Shown in pieces: positions 45,858 to 56,275 of a stretch of 64,000 nucleotides of DNA. A program made the translations under genes and the position numbers. This DNA comes from Terriglobia bacterium (lineage in GTDB: Bacteria; Acidobacteriota; Terriglobia; 2-12-FULL-54-10): the NCBI GenBank assembly GCA_965222345.1, contig CBDCTS010000007.1, positions 114,760-178,759 of the forward strand. Direction: 5' to 3'. How positions within the stretch are numbered: position 1 is the first letter of the stretch; each line of letters opens with the position of its first letter. A model generated the notes under the pieces. The model had not been told where the DNA came from, searched no databases, and was given only the letters and a program-made list of their open reading frames with translations.

Positions 45858-48089
45858 ATGACTCAGTTTTGCGAAGTAGCAGTCCCCGTTCCGCTCGATA
45901 AACTGTTTTTTTATGCCGTTCCCGCACCCCTGAAAATAATGCCGGGGATGCGGGTGATTGTGCCGTTCGGAGCCCGCAAACTTGTAGGAGTGGTGCTGCA
46001 CTGCGGGGTGAAACCGGCGGGGATCGAGCGGAAGGCGATCAAGCCCGTTCAGGAAGCGTTGGAGGCGGAGCCTTCCCTCAGCGGCGAGTTGCTTCGCCTG
46101 GGAAAGTGGCTGGCTTCCTACTACCAGGTTCCGGTAGGAGAGGCCCTGGCCGCGCTGCTGCCGCGAAACCCTGCCATACGAAAAACAACGAAAGCGGTTC
46201 TCACAGCCCAGGGGGAGAGCGCCCTCCAATCCGCCTCGCAGCAGCAAGGCTTCTCCAAGACTGCCGCCTCCGATGAGTTGGCGCTTCTGAGCCGGCTGGC
46301 CCGGCGCAACGGCATCCGGCGGGAATCTCTGCGAGGCTCCCTGCCAACCCTTCGCAAGCTGGAACGCCGGGGTTGGATCGTGTGGGAGCGAACGCTGCAA
46401 GCTCGCGCGGCTTCGAATCCGCCGGGAGAAGCGAGCGGGGAAACCGTCCCCGAGCGGGGGCCGGAACATGAACTGAGCAGGCAACAACAGGAAGCTTTCC
46501 AGAACGTCCAGCAGAAGATGGCTGCCGGCAAGTTTGCCGTCCTTCTGCTGCAAGGGGTCACCGGGAGCGGCAAGACGGAGGTTTACCTACGGGCCATCGA
46601 GATGGCCTTGCGGCAGAATCGCCCGGCGCTGATGCTGGTTCCGGAGATCAATTTGACCCCGGCCATGGCCGGTCTGTTTACGGGCCGTTTCGGCTCCCGG
46701 GTGGCTCTGCTGCACAGCGGGCTGGGGGAGGCGGAACGGGCGGCCCAATGGCAGCGCGTGAAGGCAGGAAACTCGGACGTGGTTTTGGGAACCCGCTCGG
46801 CTGTCCTGGCGCCTCTCAACCACCCCGCCTTGGTGATCGTCGATGAGGAGCAGGATTCCAGCTACAAGCAGGAAGAAGCGCCGCGATACAACGGACGGGA
46901 CGTAGCGATTATTCGGGCGCGGGAGGCCGGAGCCACGGTGATTCTGGGCTCCGCCACCCCGTCGCTGGAAACCCGCTACAACGCCGAGCAAGGGAAATAC
47001 CAACTGCTTGAATTGGAGCAGCGCGTCCAGGAGCGGCCCTTGGCGGAGACCGTGGTGGTGGACATGCGGGAGGAGTTTGCTCAAACCGGCAAGGCCGGCT
47101 TTCTGTCAGGGCGGCTGCGAGAGGAAATCGCCAAGCGACTGGAGCAAAGAGAGCAGAGCCTGATTCTGCTGAACCGGCGGGGCTATTCGGCCTTCGTCCT
47201 GTGCCGGAGCTGCGGTGAGTCCGTGCAGTGCAACAATTGCAGCATTGCCCTGACCCACCACCGGCGGATTGGCCGCCTGCTTTGCCATTACTGCGGGTTT
47301 GCGCGTCCGGTGCCGCGGGGCTGCCCGCAGTGTTCCAGCGACCATATCTACTTTGTCGGGGAAGGCTCGGAGCGGATTGAGGAAACCCTGCATCAGCACT
47401 TCCCGCAGGCTCGCATCGGGAGGCTGGACCGCGACACGGCGCGGGGCCGCGGGCAAGCCGAAGCGATCCTGTCCGCATTCCGCAATCACGAGCTGGACGT
47501 GCTGGTGGGCACGCAAATGATCGCCAAGGGACACGACATTCACCGCGTGACCCTGGTGGGCGTGATCAGCGCCGACATCGGCCTCGCTCGGCCAGACTTC
47601 CGGGCTGCCGAACGCACTTTTCAGTTGCTGACCCAAGTGGCGGGCCGGGCCGGGCGGGGAGATTTGCCCGGCGAGGTAATCATCCAGACTTACTACCCCG
47701 ACCATTACGCCATACGCGCTGCCGCCGCGCAGGATTACGACCAGTTCTACCGGCAGGAGCTGCGCTTCCGGAAGCTGATGCACTACCCGCCGTTTTCCGT
47801 GCTGGCCAATCTGGTGGTGAAAAGTCCCAGCGCGGAGACGGCGCTGAAGCTGACCGGAAGGCTGGGACGGCATTTGGAGGCCACGCAGAAACCGGGCATG
47901 AGATTGCTGGGGCCGGCCTCCGCTCCCATCCACCGCCTCAAGAAAGACTACCGGTACCAGTTCCTGATCAAGGCCTCCCGCCGCAACGTTCTGCGCGAGT
48001 TGCTGCTCTCCTGCCGGGAGTTCGCCCGCCGCGAGAATTTTCCGGCGGCCACCTTGGTGATCGACGTGGACCCGCAGTCGCTGAGTTGA
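45858..48089 (+). CDS. priA: Primosomal protein N-prime (replication restart helicase)
   Basis: GVTGSGKTEVY Walker A, DEEQD, a Cys-rich Zn insert (CRSCG...CNNC...CHYCG...CPQC) and VLVGTQMIAKGHD. Confidence 0.92.
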   Translation: MTQFCEVAVPVPLDKLFFYAVPAPLKIMPGMRVIVPFGARKLVGVVLHCGVKPAGIERKAIKPVQEALEAEPSLSGELLRLGKWLASYYQVPVGEALAALLPRNPAIRKTTKAVLTAQGESALQSASQQQGFSKTAASDELALLSRLARRNGIRRESLRGSLPTLRKLERRGWIVWERTLQARAASNPPGEASGETVPERGPEHELSRQQQEAFQNVQQKMAAGKFAVLLLQGVTGSGKTEVYLRAIEMALRQNRPALMLVPEINLTPAMAGLFTGRFGSRVALLHSGLGEAERAAQWQRVKAGNSDVVLGTRSAVLAPLNHPALVIVDEEQDSSYKQEEAPRYNGRDVAIIRAREAGATVILGSATPSLETRYNAEQGKYQLLELEQRVQERPLAETVVVDMREEFAQTGKAGFLSGRLREEIAKRLEQREQSLILLNRRGYSAFVLCRSCGESVQCNNCSIALTHHRRIGRLLCHYCGFARPVPRGCPQCSSDHIYFVGEGSERIEETLHQHFPQARIGRLDRDTARGRGQAEAILSAFRNHELDVLVGTQMIAKGHDIHRVTLVGVISADIGLARPDFRAAERTFQLLTQVAGRAGRGDLPGEVIIQTYYPDHYAIRAAAAQDYDQFYRQELRFRKLMHYPPFSVLANLVVKSPSAETALKLTGRLGRHLEATQKPGMRLLGPASAPIHRLKKDYRYQFLIKASRRNVLRELLLSCREFARRENFPAATLVIDVDPQSLS

Positions 48090-48274
48090 TTGCCGGAGAG
48101 AATTCTTTGCGGGTCCTGGTACCTACGTCGAAGATGTAGTGTCCGGCCTGACAAATTCCACTAAAACCAAGTTTCAGCCAGGGGCGAGAGCGGAGGGCAC
48201 TCAGGATCATTCGGCTGGGCCTGTCCAGCTTTCTCATTCATTGATCCAATCAGTAGTGGGCCAAATAGCAGGCC

Positions 48275-48303
48275 AACAAAAAAGCGAGCCAAGCAGGCTC
48301 GCT
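48275..48303 (-). terminator. Intrinsic terminator of the HU/IHF-like gene
   Basis: On the minus strand it reads AGCGAGCC-tgctt-GGCTCGCT followed by TTTTTTGTT, about 45 nt after the stop codon. Confidence 0.8.
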
Positions 48304-48349
48304 TATATTGGAATTCTCTCTTCGGAGCAACTCTAGTGCGGACAGACGA

Positions 48350-48616
48350 TTACAGCGTTTGCAACTCTTTGCCGGGCTTGAAACGCACGGCTTTGCCGGG
48401 AGGAATCGTGACCTCCGCGCCCGTTCGGGGGTTCCGGCCGACGCCGGTCTTCCGGGGTTTCACATTAAAGACACCAAAGCCCCGCAGCTCGATCCTGTCG
48501 CCTTTTTCCAGGGCCTTCTTCATGGTCGCAAAGACTGTTTCTACAGCCATTTCCGCTTTCGTTTTGGTGATACCTGTCCTGTTGACCACTTCATTGATGA
48601 TGTCCAGCTTAATCAC
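48350..48616 (-). CDS. HU/IHF-family DNA-binding protein
   Basis: 88 aa with RGFGVF....RKTGVGRNPRTGAEVTIPPGKAVRFKPGKEL. Confidence 0.9.
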   Translation of the reverse strand: MIKLDIINEVVNRTGITKTKAEMAVETVFATMKKALEKGDRIELRGFGVFNVKPRKTGVGRNPRTGAEVTIPPGKAVRFKPGKELQTL

Positions 48617-48731
48617 CTGTAATCTCCTGTCAGTTTGAATGCTTGCCGGTCAGAAAGAACGAAAAATCATGTTAGGAAACCGTTTAGCGGCTGTCAAGTA
48701 CAGTTTCCCTATAACTTGGAAGCTCTTCATC

Positions 48732-49421
48732 TCATCCAGCAAGGATATCGGGAAACTCGTAGAAGCCTTTTTTGCCGCGCACCCATTCAGCGGCGTAGAG
48801 CGCCCCGGAGGCAAAACCCAGCCGGCTGCGAGCCGTGTGGGTGAAGGTGAGGGTGTCGGCCTCAGAGTCAAAGCCTACCGTATGCTGCCCGGGCAGCGTC
48901 CCGGCACGATTGCTGGCAGTCGAAACCTCGCGGTCTCCGTATGCCTTTTCGAGAATCTGCTTCAGCTTGAGGGCAGTCCCGGAAGGGGCGTCGAGCTTGG
49001 CGCGATGGTGAATCTCGTAAATCCAAGGGTCGTACTGCTCATACTGGCGAAACTGCGCGGCGGCAGCGCCTATCAGCCGAAAGAAGAGGTTCACCCCAAT
49101 CGAAAAATTTGATCCGTAAACGAATCCGACCCCTCTTTTTTCCACCATGCTGCGGACTGTTGCGAGATGGTCCATCCAGCCAGTGGTGCCGACTACCATG
49201 TTGACGCCCAGGGCCGTCACTTGCTCCACGTTCCGAAGGACCGCCTCCGGCATGGTGAAGTCGATGGCCACATCCACGCTGCGGAGGTTCCGTTCGGTGA
49301 GCGCCTGCCCGTCGCGGTTCTCGTCAATGTCCACCTTGAAGGCCACGCGATGCCCGCGGGCGGTGGCCAACTCCTCGATGAGGCGGCCCATTTTGCCGTA
49401 GCCAATGAGAGCGAGATTCAT
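48732..49421 (-). CDS. dapB: 4-hydroxy-tetrahydrodipicolinate reductase
   Basis: MNLALIGYGKMG NAD(P) site and EIHHRAKLDAPSGTA. ATG at 49421 lies 20 nt after the asd stop. Confidence 0.88.
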   Translation of the reverse strand: MNLALIGYGKMGRLIEELATARGHRVAFKVDIDENRDGQALTERNLRSVDVAIDFTMPEAVLRNVEQVTALGVNMVVGTTGWMDHLATVRSMVEKRGVGFVYGSNFSIGVNLFFRLIGAAAAQFRQYEQYDPWIYEIHHRAKLDAPSGTALKLKQILEKAYGDREVSTASNRAGTLPGQHTVGFDSEADTLTFTHTARSRLGFASGALYAAEWVRGKKGFYEFPDILAG

Positions 49422-49440
49422 GATCTGAACGATTGTATGG

Positions 49441-50550
49441 TTATGAACCCAGGTGACTGCGCAGGATCGACAACATGCGCAGCAATGGCTCGGCGGCTCC
49501 CCATAGCAACTGGTCGCCGACTGTGAAAGCTCCCAGATATTCGGGTCCAAGTTTCAGCTTGTGGAGGCGGCCTACCGGGACCGTGAGGGTGCCGGAGACT
49601 GCTGTGGGCGTCAGGCAGCGCAGGGTGGATTCCTTGTTGTTGGGTATGACCTGCGCCCAAGCGTGCGCCCCGGCCAGGATCTGCTCAATATCTTTTAACG
49701 GCACGTCCTTTGTGAGCTTGATGCAAAGTCCCTGGCTGTGGCACCGCATGGTGCCGATCCGCACACAGATGCCGTCTACAGGCACCTGCGGGTTCAGTCC
49801 CAGGAGCTTGTTGGTTTCGGCCATGCCCTTCCACTCTTCGCGAGTCTGGCCTCCGGGCATACTCCTGTCGATCCAAGGCAAAAGACTGCCCGCCAGCGGC
49901 ACTGTGAACTCCTGTTTCGGAATCGAGCAGGATCGCTGCGCCTCGATCATCATCCGGTCCAGTTCCAGGGCTGTTTCAGACGGGCTGGCGCGAGTTGGCT
50001 CCACCAGGCATTCCATCTGCCGGACCAGTTCCGTCATATTGGCGGCTCCCGCCCCGGACGCTGCCTGGTAAGTCATGGTCGTCATCCACTCCACCAGTCC
50101 GGCCTGGAAGAGAGCGCCCACCGCCATCACCATCAGGCTGACCGTGCAGTTGCCGCCCACGAAAGCGCGAACTCCCCGAGCAAGGCCCTCTCGAATGAGC
50201 GCGCCGTTGACCGGATCCAGAACGATCACCGCATCCGGCTGCATGCGGAGCGTGGAAGCGGCGTCGATCCAGTATCCCTTCCAGCCGCTGGTTTGCAGGG
50301 GGCCGTAAACTTGAGATGTGTAGTCTCCGCCCTGGCAGCTTATCAGCACGTCACAGATGGCGAGTTTTTTGAGGTCCCGCGCGTCAGATAGAACTGCCTC
50401 AGCAGCCGTTTCCAAAGGAGCGGGGCCGCCGGCGTTGGAGGTGGAAAAGAAAATCGTCTCAAGCTCGGAGAAGGCGTTTTCTTCCCGCATCCTCTGCATG
50501 AGCACGCTGCCGACCATCCCCCTCCAACCGATCATTCCTACACGTAACAT
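49441..50550 (-). CDS. asd: Aspartate-semialdehyde dehydrogenase
   Basis: VGMIGWRGMVG N-terminus and GGNCTVSLM active-site Cys. 369 aa. Confidence 0.92.
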   Translation of the reverse strand: MLRVGMIGWRGMVGSVLMQRMREENAFSELETIFFSTSNAGGPAPLETAAEAVLSDARDLKKLAICDVLISCQGGDYTSQVYGPLQTSGWKGYWIDAASTLRMQPDAVIVLDPVNGALIREGLARGVRAFVGGNCTVSLMVMAVGALFQAGLVEWMTTMTYQAASGAGAANMTELVRQMECLVEPTRASPSETALELDRMMIEAQRSCSIPKQEFTVPLAGSLLPWIDRSMPGGQTREEWKGMAETNKLLGLNPQVPVDGICVRIGTMRCHSQGLCIKLTKDVPLKDIEQILAGAHAWAQVIPNNKESTLRCLTPTAVSGTLTVPVGRLHKLKLGPEYLGAFTVGDQLLWGAAEPLLRMLSILRSHLGS

Positions 50551-50690
50551 CAGTTTATTCCTGAGTTGGTTCCTGCCCCTGCCATATCAGCACCAATACG
50601 GGATCGCTACGGCGGCCTCAAATTATGGCGCGCGATTCTCCGCAGATTGTCACCGTGAACCGAAACAACGGTTCCCAGCTTTTCCGCACA

Positions 50691-51695
50691 CTAGTTTTTC
50701 TTCAGGGTCTTTACCATGTTGACATAAATCTCCACTGCTTGCACCAACTCGGTCTTGGAGATTCTTTCATTCTCCGTATGTGCCACATGGATCGAGCCGG
50801 GGCCGAACAGAAAAGGCTGCCCCCAGGCGGCAAGCGAGGGAATGTCCGTGGCGAAGGCCACCACGATGGTTTCAATTCCGTCCATGAGGCCATCCAGCGT
50901 CCCCAGCTTTAGCGGTGGAAGGTACAATGCTTTCCGAACCGTGGCCAGCTCCCCAACCGCCTGTTCGACGGTGCGGAGCAACCCTTCGCCCGGCCTGACC
51001 AGCCGGTACATGACCTCGGCGTGGGCCGAGTCCGCGATCACGTTGGGCGCCCGGCCGCCCTGTATGATGCCGATGTTGCAGGTGGTCTTTCCGAGCATCT
51101 CGTCCTCTGGAAGTTTGATGCCTCGTAGCCGGTTGAGCGCCTCCAGCAGTTTCTCAATCGCCGACTCGCCCAGCTCCGGGTAGGCGGAGTGGGCCATCCG
51201 GCCAGAAGCTTCGATCTCCAGTCGCAAGACGCCCTTGGTTCCCACCGCCAAGCGGTTGTCGGTTGGTTCCCCATTGATCAGGTACCGCGAACCGCGCGGG
51301 GATTTGTTAGCAAAGAGAGCGCCGGCGCTGTTGCGCTCCTCGCCGACCACAAACAGCAAGCCGAAATCGCTTATTCCTTGCGCCCGCAGGCGGGCGGCCG
51401 CCTCGATCTGTGCGGCGATTATGCCTTTCGTATCGCATGCGCCGCGCCCGTAGATAAACTCGTCGTCCTCGCGGGAGGGGAAAAACGGCGGAACGGTGTC
51501 CAGGTGCGTGCTGAGAACAACATCGGGCTTACCCCAGCAGGCAACGACGTTGGGCCGGTCCGGCTCGGCCTCTTCCAAACTGACCTCGGCACCCATCGTT
51601 TGCAGGCGATCGCCTAGAAACACTGCCATTCGCTTCTCGTTGCCAGTGATGGATTCTATGTCAATCAAATTGCGGGTGAGTGTGAATAATTCCAT
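50691..51695 (-). CDS. M20-family peptidase (ArgE/DapE-like deacylase)
   Basis: HLDTVP, RGACDTKG and GEERNS motifs. Sits directly upstream of asd-dapB on the same strand. Confidence 0.8.
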   Translation of the reverse strand: MELFTLTRNLIDIESITGNEKRMAVFLGDRLQTMGAEVSLEEAEPDRPNVVACWGKPDVVLSTHLDTVPPFFPSREDDEFIYGRGACDTKGIIAAQIEAAARLRAQGISDFGLLFVVGEERNSAGALFANKSPRGSRYLINGEPTDNRLAVGTKGVLRLEIEASGRMAHSAYPELGESAIEKLLEALNRLRGIKLPEDEMLGKTTCNIGIIQGGRAPNVIADSAHAEVMYRLVRPGEGLLRTVEQAVGELATVRKALYLPPLKLGTLDGLMDGIETIVVAFATDIPSLAAWGQPFLFGPGSIHVAHTENERISKTELVQAVEIYVNMVKTLKKN

Positions 51696-51955
51696 AAGAA
51701 GCCATCATACCAAACCGGCGGATTAGGGCAAACAAGCGCGCTTGAAGTCCCAAAACACACATAGACCGGAATTAGTTTTTTGGCCCTCCGACTCGTGAGT
51801 ATAAACCCGTTGGCCTTCAACTGAGCACTTCCAGCCCAATATTTTCTCCGAGATACTGCCAGCGGCTTCCAGCCGCTCTTTCCGAGTCCCCAAAAACCCA
51901 TCGCCTCGGCTTCCAGAACCAGCTTTTTCAGACACCCCTCCATTCCCGGGGGATA

Positions 51956-53423
51956 TCGGAATCATTTTATTGGGTGCCGCAGGCTAGGCTATCCCGACGG
52001 AAGCGACAGCCCATTTATCCGCCCCAGCATGCTGGCAAACAGCCGCCGAGTCAGATGGCTCTCTGCCAGCAATAGCCAATAGTAGCGGGCATGCTTAATC
52101 AGGCGTCCTCCGGTTTTCACCAACCGCTGCTGCAAGCTCGTCAAGGACCAGTTCCCGATTCTCTGTGGCAGCACCAGTCGCCGCCACAGATTTCCCAGAT
52201 TATAGGCAATGATGGTCAGCCACAGCCGTACCTCGTTGGACCGGAACCGATGGCAACTGAGCCGCGTCATCTTCACCGCCTGCTTGCCTTCCTTAATCCA
52301 CTGCTCTGCTGTCCCTCGCTTATTATAGAACCGCACCACCGCTCGACTCGGAAGCGTCAGGTTCGTCACAATGAACCCCACTCGCGGGAACAACTCCCCC
52401 GGATGATGTTCTACCTTGGCTACCACCCGTCGGGCCGTCTTCCAACTCTCGGCTTGGTACAGAAACCCCTTGTACTCCACCAACGGCTTCTGGCCCGGCC
52501 TTCCTACCGGACGTTTCAGCAACTCCTCGATGTCCCGCTGGAGGTTCTCGTTGGAAGGGATGCGGATGGCATACTTCACACCCCGCTTCTCCAACGCCTC
52601 GTAAATCTCCGGCTTCGCAAAGGCCGCGTCGGCACGAAATACCACCTCCTTGCCCCGCTTCTGCTGCCGCTCGATCTCCGGCAGGAGAAGTTCTTCCCAT
52701 TCCTCGGCGCTGTGGACGTTGCCCGGTCGCAATTTGGCAGCCAGACAGTCGCCGTCTCGATTGAATAACAGCAGGGGGTGATAGCAGGTGGACTCGAAGT
52801 GCCCGTTGTAGGCGCTATTCTCCTGCTCCCCGTAGACCGGAATCTCGGTCGAATCCATGTCCAGCACAGTTCGGTAGTGCGAATGGATTGCTTCTGCTCT
52901 GCCGATCAGTTCCCGGTTCACCCGTGCCAGCCCTGCGAAGTTCCCTTCCTCAGCCAGCATCTCCGTCTCGAAGGTCTGCAACCGAGAAGTCAGAGCCGCC
53001 CCTCGATCCCAAATCTTCTCCGAACCGATCAGCCGCAACGCCGGGTCCTGAGATAGCCGCTCGGCATCGTTCACATCCTCGTATCCAGCCAGACGGCTGT
53101 AGACCGACTGTCGAAGTAGGTCCGCAAAAGACAACCGCGCATTGTTTGCCCGAGAGTCGGTCAAGTGCTGTTCGACGAGTTCATCGAATCCCAATCGCTC
53201 GTCCAGCTCTCGCACCAGAATCAGCCCACCGTTGGATGTCACTCGCGATCCTTGAAAGGCAACCCGCAAAAACCGGTTGAATGACAGTTGAAATGCCTGT
53301 TTTTGGCTCTCACCCATTAGGTATACACCTCCGGAATGCAATGTTGATGCTGGAACCCGCATCAATATTGATGTTGGAGGTTAGTCGAGGGTTGCTTCTA
53401 CGATTTCAAACGGGAAATGCGGG
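51956..53423 (-). mobile_element. IS1380-family insertion sequence, copy 2 (about 1468 bp)
   Basis: Same length and orientation as copy 1. No matching direct repeat at its ends (GGGGATA versus ATAGATA). Confidence 0.8.
51989..53317 (-). CDS. IS1380-family DDE transposase (copy 2)
   Basis: About 92% amino-acid identity to copy 1 by eye, with the C-terminal 114 aa identical. ATG at 53317 follows GGAGGT. Confidence 0.85.
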   Translation of the reverse strand: MGESQKQAFQLSFNRFLRVAFQGSRVTSNGGLILVRELDERLGFDELVEQHLTDSRANNARLSFADLLRQSVYSRLAGYEDVNDAERLSQDPALRLIGSEKIWDRGAALTSRLQTFETEMLAEEGNFAGLARVNRELIGRAEAIHSHYRTVLDMDSTEIPVYGEQENSAYNGHFESTCYHPLLLFNRDGDCLAAKLRPGNVHSAEEWEELLLPEIERQQKRGKEVVFRADAAFAKPEIYEALEKRGVKYAIRIPSNENLQRDIEELLKRPVGRPGQKPLVEYKGFLYQAESWKTARRVVAKVEHHPGELFPRVGFIVTNLTLPSRAVVRFYNKRGTAEQWIKEGKQAVKMTRLSCHRFRSNEVRLWLTIIAYNLGNLWRRLVLPQRIGNWSLTSLQQRLVKTGGRLIKHARYYWLLLAESHLTRRLFASMLGRINGLSLPSG

Positions 53424-53902
53424 ATAGATAGTATCGTCATTCCGAGCGGTGCGAGGAATCGGCTTATTTGATATTTATCTGTTCGTCAAGAAAAGCAAAT
53501 TCCTCGAGCTGGTAAAAGTCGGCCCTCGGAATGACACCGTTGCGGAAAAGGGCCGAGATAGAGAGTAGGCGAGTTACGACGGGTGCAAGAAATCGATTAC
53601 TCTATCAAACGCATCCTCCCACATAGCACAGATTGGCACATCCTCCGTTCCAGCGATATTTACCCAGTTACTGAAAGCACTCACATGCTCGCCAGACTTG
53701 GTTCGGTAATATCTGCGCATCGGTCGTGCAGAGTGTCTCCCAGATGTGAGCATCGGAAACGTTCTCGTCCCTCACACTCACGCCCACAAGAGCGACATGC
53801 TTTGCTTGTTGGAGCCAGCTATGCCGTATCGTTCGCTGGCGAATCAGGAAAGAGTTGCCGCTGCCCGCCCTACACACGCCCCAGCGCCGAAAAGAAAAAC
53901 AT

Positions 53903-54586
53903 TCATTCCAACGCTGCAGCCAGTTCAGGCAGTTTGTGGACTAACAGATCAGGAGGGTTCTCCTGAAGACGGAGATCACCGAAGCCGTAGGTGACGCCGC
54001 AGGTCCAGATGCCCGCGTTCGCGCCCGCCGCAATGTCCACGTCGGAATCGCCCACGATCATGGCTTCCGAGGCCGGTATGCCGGTGTCAGCAAGAATGCT
54101 CTCAACGCCCTCCGGGTGGGGCTTTTTGGTTGCAAAGCTGTCCCCTCCGTGTACAAACCGGAACAGGCGCATCAGGTTCAGGTCTTCCAGCATATCTCTG
54201 CTGACGATCACCGGCTTGTTGGTCAGCACGCCCAGGACGCGCCGCTGGCGGGAGCCCACGCCGTTCGCCAGCTGTTCCAGGGTCCTTCGCGCACCCGGAT
54301 AGAGACTTGTGTTGTCCAGCTTGTGGTCCCAGTAGTAACGCAAGAAGAATCTCAGGCCGCGCTTAGCCTCCTCCTCGGAGGCTCTTTCTCCGAGCGCCCG
54401 GCGGATGAGAAGCGGGGCACCCTTGCCAACGTAGGAATAGATCGTCTCCTTATCGAGCGCGCTCCGGCCCATGTGGCGCAGCGTGGCGTTTACACTCAGG
54501 ACCAGGTCGGCGGCCGAATCCACAAGCGTTCCGTCCAGGTCAAAGATCACTAATCGTATGGGAGGCTTGGCCTCATGAAAATTCAT
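53903..54586 (-). CDS. HAD-family hydrolase (phosphoglycolate phosphatase-like)
   Basis: VIFDLDGTLVDS motif I, LTNK motif II and GDSDVD motif IV. Confidence 0.82.
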   Translation of the reverse strand: MNFHEAKPPIRLVIFDLDGTLVDSAADLVLSVNATLRHMGRSALDKETIYSYVGKGAPLLIRRALGERASEEEAKRGLRFFLRYYWDHKLDNTSLYPGARRTLEQLANGVGSRQRRVLGVLTNKPVIVSRDMLEDLNLMRLFRFVHGGDSFATKKPHPEGVESILADTGIPASEAMIVGDSDVDIAAGANAGIWTCGVTYGFGDLRLQENPPDLLVHKLPELAAALE

Positions 54587-54642
54587 GCACTGTCCAAATA
54601 TAGCAAGCCGTGGAGTTTGGAAAAGCGTCGCCAACCGGAGAG

Positions 54643-55005
54643 CTAACTCTTCTTGAGGTTGACTCGCGCGACGCGGGGAGGCACGAAGCGGACCATGGCG
54701 TTTTTGATCTCCTTATGCGCCGTTTGCCTGTTCAGCAATTCCCGCTGAACCACTTCAACGAACTCCTTCATCTGCCGGTGCATCTGCTCCATCTTCTCCC
54801 GCATGTTCAGCACCACTTCCACGCCGGCCAGGTTGACGCCCATGTCACGGGTCAGGCTCAGGATCAACTCCAGCCGCTCGATGTCCTGCTCGGTGTAGAG
54901 GCGCGTGTTCCCTTCCGTGCGGGAAGGCTTCAGGAGACCCTCGCGTTCGTACAGCCGCAGCGTCTGCGGGTGAATCCCGTAGGTTTCCGCGATGGCGGAG
55001 ATCAT
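54643..55005 (-). CDS. hspR: MerR-family heat-shock repressor HspR
   Basis: YMISAIAETYGIHPQTLRLYEREGLL..R....RLY. Last gene of the dnaK-dnaJ operon. Confidence 0.82.
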   Translation of the reverse strand: MISAIAETYGIHPQTLRLYEREGLLKPSRTEGNTRLYTEQDIERLELILSLTRDMGVNLAGVEVVLNMREKMEQMHRQMKEFVEVVQRELLNRQTAHKEIKNAMVRFVPPRVARVNLKKS

Positions 55006-55080
55006 GTAGGCGGCTTTTTTTCGCTTAGCTATGCCGTATTCCTTTTCTTGCTCTTTCTCCGCAACGTCCCCTGCCTCTGC

Positions 55081-56217
55081 CTATAGCTGCCGGTACAGCT
55101 CGTTGCGGGGATTCTCCGGGTTGAGATGAGAAAACTCCCGCAGAATCTCCTTGGATCGTTCGTCGGCAATCTTGGGAATGTGGATACGCACTTCCACATA
55201 CTGGTCCCCCCGCTTGCCGCTTTTCAGGGAGGTGACTCCTTTCCCCCGCAGACGGAACTTCCGGCCGCTGGGAGTGCCCGGGGGAATCTTCAGCAAAGCG
55301 CGGGAATTTTCAATAGTGGGAACCTCCACCTTGGCTCCGAGCGCAGCTTCCGGCACCGTCAACGGAATGACTGTATAGATGTCGTCTCCCTTGCGCTCAA
55401 AAAAGAGATGTGGAGCTACTTTCGTGATGATGTAGAGGTCTCCTCGCGAGCCGCCTCGCGTTCCGCTGTTTCCCTTGCCGGGGACCCGAACACGGTATCC
55501 GTCCTGCACCCCGGCCGGGATTCGCACTTCCAGCGATTCCGGCTCGGATAAGCGGCCGTCCCCTTTGCAGGAAGCGCAAGGATCCTGCAATCTGCCGACG
55601 CCCCGGCAACGAGCGCAGGTAACGTTGAACCGCAGGTTCACCATTGTTTTGTTGGCGCTACCACTGCCTTTGCACTCCGGGCAGATTCGCTCTCTGCCGG
55701 TGGTTCCTTTTCCGCTGCAGACGGGACAGCCTCTTTGCCGCAGAACACTCAGCCGCACGGAGGTTCCCCGGATCGCATCCCAGAAACCAATGTTGGCCTG
55801 GTATTCCAGATCGTTTCCCGGCTCCGGACTCGGCGGCGAAGCCTCGCCACGCCGGAAAAATTGGGAGAAGATGTCCTGAAAGCTGCCCCCGCCAGTGCCG
55901 GTTCCAGCTCCCGGCCTGTCAGCAAAATCAAACCCCGAAAAGTTGACGGACTGTCTGGCCCAAGGGTTTGCCTCGCTGGTCTGGTATCCAGCTTCGCTGT
56001 AGTAGCCGAGACGATCGTACACCTGACGCTTTTTCGGGTCGCTCAGCACGTCATAGGCTTCCGAAACTCTCTTGAAGCGATCCTCGGCGCTCTTGTCTCC
56101 GGGGTTCACGTCCGGGTGGAACTTCCGGGCCAAGCGCTTGTAAGCCTTCCGGATCTCCTCCGGCTTGGCCTTCCGGCCGACTCCCAGCATCTTATAGAAA
56201 TCGTCCTTGCCCGTCAT
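55081..56217 (-). CDS. dnaJ: Molecular chaperone DnaJ
   Basis: J domain with HPD (KFHPDVNP), a G/F region and four CxxCxG Zn-finger repeats. Confidence 0.93.
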   Translation of the reverse strand: MTGKDDFYKMLGVGRKAKPEEIRKAYKRLARKFHPDVNPGDKSAEDRFKRVSEAYDVLSDPKKRQVYDRLGYYSEAGYQTSEANPWARQSVNFSGFDFADRPGAGTGTGGGSFQDIFSQFFRRGEASPPSPEPGNDLEYQANIGFWDAIRGTSVRLSVLRQRGCPVCSGKGTTGRERICPECKGSGSANKTMVNLRFNVTCARCRGVGRLQDPCASCKGDGRLSEPESLEVRIPAGVQDGYRVRVPGKGNSGTRGGSRGDLYIITKVAPHLFFERKGDDIYTVIPLTVPEAALGAKVEVPTIENSRALLKIPPGTPSGRKFRLRGKGVTSLKSGKRGDQYVEVRIHIPKIADERSKEILREFSHLNPENPRNELYRQL

Positions 56218-56275
56218 AGGTCATGCCTCAACGGTTATGCTGCACTCGCGCGGTGCTAGAGAGGCGGGTCCGGCA

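Noticed and set aside
1434-53423. A 52-kb composite transposon bounded by the two IS1380-family copies
   Set aside because: The interior is core housekeeping (tyrS, dnaK, priA, asd, hom, coaBC and others). The two copies are about 10% diverged. The outer flanks (TTTAAAA on the left of copy 1, ATAGATA on the right of copy 2) do not form a shared target duplication. Copy 1 also has its own complete duplication.
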